NCBI GenBank assembly: GCA_905330805.1
Contig: CAJNWK010000397.1
Coordinates: 52,134-57,267 of the forward strand
Direction: 5' to 3'
Source: Rotaria sp.
Taxonomy: Eukaryota
DNA: 5,134 nucleotides
Position numbers and translations under genes: made by a program. The notes beneath the pieces are model-generated. The model worked only from the letters and a program-made list of their open reading frames with translations. It had not been told where the DNA came from and did no database searches. This document shows, piece after piece, positions 1 to 5,134 of the stretch (positions within the stretch are counted from its first letter, which is position 1; the number at the start of each line of letters is the position of its first letter).

Positions 1-1047
1 TGTTCAAATCGTTCAATATCTTGAAATTGGATTTATGATTGAGATATTGAAATATATTAGAATATTCCGGATAATTTGATAAGTTTTATTCATCGTTTGT
101 AATCGATTTCGATTAGCATCAGATAGGAACTTCATGTAAATAGTTACATACTTTCTATCACGAGATAATACCAATTCAAGCTATAGCTAAACCACGATAC
201 ATATCGTTAATGACCTTTACTATTTGAACAACTTCTAAAAAATAGTTCGACTTTTATTGATGCTGTCATTGTTGTAGAAGTGATCATAAAAGATATCATA
301 GATCTTCTTGAAGTTTCAATCAGTTGTATAATTGAAGTCCATTTTTAGGTAGTGCTTCTACGATTATCACTCTAGATTTCGGAGGATATCTTTTAGTATC
401 TCAAAGACATCGAAATTTACTTTGAATCTGCTTTATGCCAGATTTAACAAGTGGTATAACATTATCGAATGAATGAAAACTGTTACGAAACTTCCATATA
501 CCATAGAAAGACGAACATATATCAAGATTTCATAATTACTGTATGCTATGTAAATCGAACACGATTTGGTCATTTCTCATTGTATAACATGCAATTCGTC
601 AAGTGAAATGATAACATTCATCCAATGAGCACACTACTGTTTCTAGAGCAGTTCAAGTTATAAATACATTCAGTTCCTTTTGTAATGTTAGTGGTATTGG
701 TTGTTTGTGCAAAAAATGCATTTATTGTTCCGAGAAACTTTTATAATTGTTATAAAAACTTTTTTGCACTAATAGTTATCTCATCAAGATTTGTACATTT
801 ATCTTTCAAATGTGTCTTCAATACTTTTCTCTCAATGCTCGTTAGCATTGCATTTGATAATATACTTTTTTTTTCAATTAGAATTAAATGACGAAATATG
901 GGGAAAAATCATTCGTTATTATTTATAGGAGCTCAAAGGATTGAATTACAATCAAAACACTATAACTTCATGAATGCGTTTGATAATTCACACAGCTTTA
1001 TGCAAATACTTTGCGAGCACGTGGTATTTTTCAAACTCTTCTGATAT

Positions 1048-1109
1048 AATGTAAATGCGCAATTTCTTCTAGTGGGGTACTTAATGTAATTTGCTTCGCA
1101 TTTTACATT
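1048..1109. repeat. Imperfect inverted repeat / potential hairpin
   Basis: Arm AATGTAAATGCG (1048-1059) and arm CGCATTTTACATT (1097-1109), complementary except for one extra A. A nested partial copy AATGTAATTTGC just before the second arm could form an alternative short hairpin. Confidence 0.45.
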
Positions 1110-1411
1110 TAAATTCAGTGTTTATCTTTCAGCTTTTATAGATACAGCTGTTTGAAGTATTTTAACGTTTGTCTTCATAATTCGAGGCAAAAAAAAAACA
1201 TAAGAAATAGGCGCACTTAACAGGTTTACTTCCTTTGGTTCTGTTCTTTGGTGACATCTACTGGTAATAAATATGCGCTAACTCTTTCATCAAACATAGA
1301 GCCACAGAGCTCACGTTCATGTCGTCTTTTTCATCTTGCTCTGTTACGACCTATCCATCAGTATTTCTAAAAAAAATTCTTAATGCCGTTCAATTAAAAA
1401 TAGAATTCCTT

Positions 1412-1437
1412 TCTATTTTTTTTTCTTTTAGTTTTAG
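1412..1437 (+). promoter_or_regulatory. Candidate 3' splice acceptor in the 5' leader (trans-splice site or end of a 5'UTR intron)
   Basis: Strong pyrimidine tract TCTATTTTTTTTTCTTTTAG, then a second TTTTAG 6 nt on; AG dinucleotides at 1430-1431 and 1436-1437, 37-43 nt upstream of ATG 1475. Confidence 0.45.
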
Positions 1438-1440
1438 TCT

Positions 1441-1542
1441 ATGACAATATTATCTTTTGTGCTGAGCTACAATAATGAAACGACGAACGAATTTGGACAG
1501 TATAAAAATAAGGAAATCTATTCGACGCTCTCGTCTTACTGA
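1441..1542 (+). other. Upstream ORF (33 codons + stop) overlapping the macoilin start out of frame
   Basis: ATG at 1441; MTILSFVLSYNNETTNEFGQYKNKEIYSTLSSY, stop TGA at 1540-1542; the macoilin ATG is at 1475 in another frame. Confidence 0.4.
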
Positions 1543-1557
1543 GGGCATTTACGGAAG
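1475..1557 (+). CDS. MACO1: Macoilin exon 1 (start codon, N-terminus)
   Basis: ATG at 1475; translates MKRRTNLDSIKIRKSIRRSRLTEGIYG + 2 nt; resembles remembered vertebrate macoilin N-terminus MKRR...(R/K)(L/I)TEGIYGS. Donor AG|GTAACG, phase 2. The start was missed by the ORF track because the exon is short. Confidence 0.9.
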
Positions 1558-1586
1558 GTAACGAAGTGAAAAAAACGATATATTTT

Positions 1587-1622
1587 CTTATATATATAAT
1601 TCTGTATGTATGTATATATATT
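1587..1622. repeat. TA/GTAT simple-sequence tract in intron 1
   Basis: TTATATATATAATTCTGTATGTATGTATATATATT read directly from the sequence. Confidence 0.6.
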
Positions 1623-1624
1623 AG

Positions 1625-1766
1625 TGCATTAGTGTATCTCAAATTTATTTGTATTTGGGGTATTATAATGGCAGCTGATTATTTACTTGAATTTCGCTTC
1701 GAATTTCTTTGGCCATTTTGGCTCGTTTTGCGAAGTATTTATGATTCATTTAAATACCAAGGATTG
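1625..1766 (+). CDS. MACO1: Macoilin exon 2 (first transmembrane region and the ADYLLEFRFEFLWPFWL motif)
   Basis: Acceptor ATATTAG|TGCATT; translates (S)ALVYLKFICIWGIIMAADYLLEFRFEFLWPFWLVLRSIYDSFKYQGL; donor TTG|GTAAAG, phase 0. Same frame as the supplied ORF 1566..1793, whose first ~20 and last ~9 residues are intron translation. Confidence 0.95.
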
Positions 1767-1832
1767 GTAAAGAACAAGAGTCTAACAAAATGAATCATTC
1801 AATCATATAAACTATTTTGTTTTGTTTTTTAG

Positions 1833-1959
1833 CTTTTCTCATTATTCTTTGTACTTATTGCATTCATAGCCGATCTTATTTGTTATATAATATTACCTAT
1901 TCAATGGCTATTTTTTGCTGCAAGTAGCTATGTATGGATACAATATGTTTGGCAAACAG
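1833..1959 (+). CDS. MACO1: Macoilin exon 3 (transmembrane segments)
   Basis: Acceptor TTTTTTAG|CTTTTC; translates LFSLFFVLIAFIADLICYIILPIQWLFFAASSYVWIQYVWQT + G; donor CAG|GTTAAT, phase 1. Confidence 0.95.
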
Positions 1960-2008
1960 GTTAATTTAAAAAATTAAGAATTTCGTTCAGATTTATTTTG
2001 TTTAATAG

Positions 2009-2126
2009 AACGTGGTATCTGTCTGGGTACTGTTGTTCTGTGGGTATTGTTTGTTTGGCTTGAAGCATCAGTACGATTACGTGAAATTAAAACTATTGAT
2101 CTTTGTCGACCATTTGCCGCTCATTG
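2009..2126 (+). CDS. MACO1: Macoilin exon 4
   Basis: Acceptor TTTAATAG|AACGTG; translates (E)RGICLGTVVLWVLFVWLEASVRLREIKTIDLCRPFAAH + TG; donor TG|GTAATG, phase 2; matches the family motif DLCRPFAAHCIGYP across the junction. Confidence 0.95.
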
Positions 2127-2191
2127 GTAATGAATATTTTAGTGTCTGTTTGTTTTTTCTTAAGAATTATTTTTTGTTTTTAAATTTTTAG

Positions 2192-2258
2192 TATTGGTTA
2201 TCCAATGGTGACATTGGGATTTGGTTTTAAAACTTATCTTGCTTATAAATGGAGATTG
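2192..2258 (+). CDS. MACO1: Macoilin exon 5
   Basis: Acceptor TTTTTAG|TATTGG; translates (C)IGYPMVTLGFGFKTYLAYKWRL; donor TTG|GTAAGA, phase 0. Confidence 0.95.
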
Positions 2259-2318
2259 GTAAGAAGAATTTAAAAGTTAAAAATTGAACTTAATCTTTTG
2301 TTGTCTTGATTTTAATAG

Positions 2319-2433
2319 AGAAAACAACGTGAAGTAAGAAAAATAAATGAATCATATGTTCAATTAGTTAATCAAGCATTACCAATTGAAGTTCAACAAG
2401 AAGTTGAAAAAGAAAAATTAAGTCGAGAGAAGG
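2319..2433 (+). CDS. MACO1: Macoilin exon 6 (cytosolic segment after the membrane domain)
   Basis: Acceptor TTTAATAG|AGAAAA; translates RKQREVRKINESYVQLVNQALPIEVQQEVEKEKLSREK + G, resembling vertebrate RKQKEVQKENEFYMQLLQQALP; donor AAGG|GTTTGT, phase 1. Confidence 0.9.
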
Positions 2434-2488
2434 GTTTGTCATTAATTTTCTTTTATTGCTCAAAATTTTATTCATTTATTTATTAAAG

Positions 2489-2978
2489 GTACATTTACTG
2501 AAACCTTTGATGAATGTACAAATCAAACAAATATCGATGGAAATTATCCATCATCATCATCATCACCTTCTCAAATGACATCAGTAACTAACTCAAATCC
2601 TCTAACGACTAATTCAACACTGATTAATTCTCAAACACATTTAACTAATCATTCAACATCATTACCTTGTACAGTATCAAAACGTCCACAAAAACTAAAT
2701 AATAATGATGATCTATTATCTACGAATTCACTTGTACAGACAACAACAACACGTAATAATAAAATTTCAAATGGAAATGATGATGATTTATCATCGACAT
2801 ATAAACAACAGAAAAAACAGTTAATCAAATCTTCCAATGCACAGAATACACAAAGTCGAAGACAACAAAAGAAACAAGAAAGAGAACAGATACGTGCTAC
2901 ATCAAGAGATTCATCTTCATCATATAATAATGGATTTGCAACAAATATATCGATCGAAAATTCAGATATCGACAAAAA
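2489..2978 (+). CDS. MACO1: Macoilin exon 7 (low-complexity Ser/Thr/Asn/Gln-rich linker)
   Basis: Acceptor ATTAAAG|GTACAT; open frame (G)TFTETFDECTNQTNIDGNYPSSSSSPSQMTSVTN...NISIENSDIDK + AA; donor AAAAA|GTAATT, phase 2. Contains supplied ORF 2575..2982, whose apparent stop TAA (2980-2982) lies in the intron. Confidence 0.85.
2551..2565 (+). repeat. (TCA)5 trinucleotide repeat encoding five serines in exon 7
   Basis: TCATCATCATCATCA in the coding frame. Confidence 0.8.
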
Positions 2979-4108
2979 GTAATTACACTAACAAAAAAAA
3001 AAAGAGACGAGAGGTTTCACCATAGGATAAATCTTGAATTTTTTTTTAAAGATTTTTCGCCAAATTGTGCCTCTGAAAACTTTTTGTTGACCAGGTGCGG
3101 AACCGACTTAACATGTCATACCATACAAATAAAAAGTTAATTGTAACTTGATTATTATAAAATCCTCGACCAGATTATCTGAGAAATGCTTAGTGTATGT
3201 CATCAGTAATATAAAAAAAATTGATAAAATATATTTCGCATATTCGAAACGACTGTCAGACTCAGATTAAAATATTTCAACGGAACATTTTTAGTCTGTT
3301 TCAAATCCGGATCCAACGAGCTCTGGTCAAGTCACAATAAGTTGATCGCAGTCAAACTTCAAATAAGACAAACAGCAATTCTTTATGAGACAAGTTTCTT
3401 TTTTTTTGTCAATTTCGAGAGAAAGCTCGTTTGGATTCATCAAAAAATTTACCCATATTGAAGATTGATGTCTGTTATAATATGCAAATATCTACTTGAG
3501 ATTATATTTTTTCTATTTGACTCATCATATGATTCGTATCACTTATTTACTCGACTATATCAAGTCATTGATCAGTTTCCAATGACTTTCTTTCATTTCT
3601 AACATTAAATACGACTATATTCTATTATATTAAATGAAATTCCATTCAACAGATTGAACATCTGTGATAGAGAATGTTAAATCGTTGTTAGAACAATTAA
3701 TCATTCAGAACAAGAACGATACTGATACCGTTGCAGATATATTCTCTAAACTAATATCAATTAATTTAGTTTATTAGTAACAGTTTGAAGAAAAGATAAC
3801 AAGATTTTCGTTCCTTTTTCAGGATTTTTCAATCTTTCCAGACTGTTAGATATCAATGAATAGAATACAAACTGTAACAAATTCAAAATTCATACAAATA
3901 TTGAGAAAACAATGGATTAACATATTCTAGAAAAAATTAAATGAGAATGTAGACTATTTCTTTTTCGCAAATACTATCACAAAATCTAAGCAAAAATCAA
4001 AATAGTAAACCTTGTAATCAATACAAATCTACAAAATTTGAATTTTACCATTTAATAAAGATTCGTTTTTAATGAAATTATTATGTAATATTTTTATTTT
4101 GTTTTTAG
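2979..4108 (+). other. Intron 7 of macoilin, 1130 bp, an outlier in length
   Basis: GTAATT...TTTTTAG; joins phase 2 exon 7 to exon 8 and restores the macoilin coiled-coil frame. The eight other complete introns are 49-67 bp. Confidence 0.85.
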
Positions 4109-4270
4109 TTTTCAAATAAATAAACTTGAAGGTGATATTCAACGACTAAATCAATCAATTGAAAAGCAAAAAAATTCCGAAATACAATTACGTACACAAT
4201 TATCTGACTTGAAAAATGTCCGCAAAGATCTTGAGGATTTACGTGTAGAAAATTCAGCATTACAAGCAAA
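4109..4270 (+). CDS. MACO1: Macoilin exon 8 (coiled coil)
   Basis: Acceptor TTTTTAG|TTTTCA; translates (N)FQINKLEGDIQRLNQSIEKQKNSEIQLRTQLSDLKNVRKDLEDLRVENSALQA + AA, similar to vertebrate ALVRLEQDIKKLKADLQASRQVEQELRSQISSL...ELGQLRQENELLQ; donor AA|GTATAT, phase 2. Confidence 0.88.
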
Positions 4271-4335
4271 GTATATTACATTTAATTTTTATATATTGAA
4301 AATATATTCTATTATTTATCTTATCTTATTATTAG

Positions 4336-4512
4336 ATATGAATCAATTAATACTCAACGAAATCGTGATAAACAACGTATAACTGATCTTGAAAAAAATG
4401 TCAATGACGAAAAACAAACTAAACAACGATTAGAATCACAAATAAAGACAGAAAAAACATTGACAAAAAAACTTCAAGATGATTTGGCAAAATTAAATTT
4501 AACACCACCGAA
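4336..4512 (+). CDS. MACO1: Macoilin exon 9 (coiled coil)
   Basis: Acceptor TTATTAG|ATATGA; translates (K)YESINTQRNRDKQRITDLEKNVNDEKQTKQRLESQIKTEKTLTKKLQDDLAKLNLTPP + AA; donor AA|GTTTGT, phase 2. Confidence 0.87.
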
Positions 4513-4566
4513 GTTTGTTTTATGATTGATTATATTTTTAGATTTTATTTAGATTTTGTTATTTAG

Positions 4567-4687
4567 AAGTGAATGTACAGAACAATGTATCAAGCGAAGA
4601 CGAGATCAAGAGAATGAAACACGAGAAATACGTAAATTACTTAATGACAAAGACGAACGTATTAAATTACTTGACAATGAAATTAAG
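4567..4687 (+). CDS. MACO1: Macoilin exon 10 (coiled coil; the gene continues beyond the window)
   Basis: Acceptor TTATTTAG|AAGTGA; translates (K)SECTEQCIKRRRDQENETREIRKLLNDKDERIKLLDNEIK, aligning with vertebrate GECTETLRNRIRELEAEGKKLTMDIKVKEDQIREL; donor AAG|GTATAT, phase 0. Confidence 0.85.
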
Positions 4688-5012
4688 GTATATCAATATT
4701 TTACGAACTAAATTTTTTCTCGTAATACAAGACTCCTTTTAATTAATTAGTTTCCCACATAAATATAACTCATATCAATATTTTCCATTCGAATATGTTT
4801 ATTTTTTTGTGGCTTTGAGCTTTAATATCTTTAAAAAACTCATAAAGTAAGCAGCTTTTTAGACTAAATCAAAAATCATTCATCTAAGCTGTATATCATA
4901 AAGTCGCGTCAAAGTATTTCTCTACTACAAGACAATTGTATACAATGAAAGAAGATCGATGATAGAATTATATAAATACTAGAATCAAATTATATCAGAA
5001 GTGACAGATACA

Positions 5013-5037
5013 ATATTAGTAGTAGTATATTAGTAGT
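5013..5037. repeat. Short direct repeat ATATTAGTAGT x2
   Basis: ATATTAGTAGT at 5013-5023 and again at 5027-5037. Confidence 0.5.
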
Positions 5038-5134
5038 TTCAAAAGACTCCTTCACGAAGCAAATATCTTGTTTTATCAAGTATGCCTTCTTTATCCAATG
5101 TTCTTTTAGAAATTTCTTGAGTAAATAAAAATGT

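Noticed and set aside
12-51. 10-bp inverted repeat TTCAATATCT ... AGATATTGAA
   Set aside because: A short, purely AT-rich arm pair is expected by chance in DNA of this composition.
685-891. Plus-strand ORF of 68 aa (MLVVLVVCAKNAFIVPRNFYN...)
   Set aside because: Phe/Ile/Val-rich translation of AT-rich non-coding DNA; no family resemblance, and no supporting splice or regulatory context that I can see.
1566-1624. MKKTIYFLIYIILYVCIYI as the true N-terminus of the transmembrane protein
   Set aside because: This stretch is intron 1 read through. Splicing 1557 to 1625 gives EGIYGSALVYLKF, which matches the family, and the start at 1475 gives the conserved MKRR.
1439-1642. Minus-strand ORF of 67 aa
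   Set aside because: Antisense to macoilin exon 1, intron 1 and part of exon 2; includes the TA/GTAT simple repeat, with no recognisable similarity.
2649-2975. Minus-strand ORF of 108 aa (MSISEFSIDIFVANPLL...)
   Set aside because: It lies exactly antisense to macoilin exon 7, where the sense frame is supported by flanking splice sites. The product is a Cys/Leu/Phe-rich shadow of the low-complexity sense repeat codons, with no recognisable family.
2837-3025. Plus-strand ORF of 62 aa in another frame (MHRIHKVEDNKRNKK...)
   Set aside because: Out-of-frame overlap of exon 7 running into the intron poly-A tract; Lys-rich composition explained by the A-rich DNA.
3822-3872. Possible cryptic exon in intron 7 after CTTTTTCAG
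   Set aside because: In the phase needed after exon 7, the sequence reads IFQSFQTVRYQ and then hits a stop (TGA), with no family similarity. It can only be revisited with RNA-seq.
1-5134. Bacterial or phage system, CRISPR array, retron, tRNA/rRNA, or transposase/reverse transcriptase
   Set aside because: None of the long ORFs, regular spaced repeats or recognisable protein motifs these would need are present. The window is intron-rich eukaryotic DNA.

Overview
This window is eukaryotic genomic DNA and AT-rich. It holds the 5' and central part of one split protein-coding gene on the + strand, which I read as macoilin (MACO1/TMEM57 family). I joined ten exons at GT..AG boundaries: 1475-1557, 1625-1766, 1833-1959, 2009-2126, 2192-2258, 2319-2433, 2489-2978, 4109-4270, 4336-4512 and 4567-4687. 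They sum to 1602 nt, giving 534 uninterrupted codons starting MKRRTNLDSIKIRKSIRRSRLTEGIYGSALVYLKFICIWGIIMAADYLLEFRFEFLWPFWLVLRSIYDSFKYQGLLFSLFFVLIAFIADLICYIILPIQWLFFAASSYVWIQYVWQTERGIC... This closely resembles animal macoilin as I remember it (EGIYGS..LYLKF..W, ADF.LEFRFE.LWPFWL..RS.YDSF.YQG, IQWLFFAAS.YVW.QYVW.TERG.C, DLCRPFAAHCIGYP.VTLGFGFK.Y). A Ser/Thr/Asn/Gln-rich linker and a coiled-coil region follow. The conserved C-terminal end is not in the window. Nine introns are complete: eight are 49-67 bp and one (intron 7) is 1130 bp. A tenth intron runs off the window edge. The host is probably a compact-genome invertebrate. A bdelloid rotifer is possible, but that is inference only. The supplied ORF track captures only exon 2 and exon 7 fragments. 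I found no microbial system, CRISPR array, rRNA, tRNA or recognisable transposon protein. The best follow-up points are the outlier intron 7, a strong orphan 3' splice acceptor just upstream of the start codon (a possible trans-splicing site or 5'UTR intron end), and an upstream ATG whose ORF overlaps the main start out of frame.
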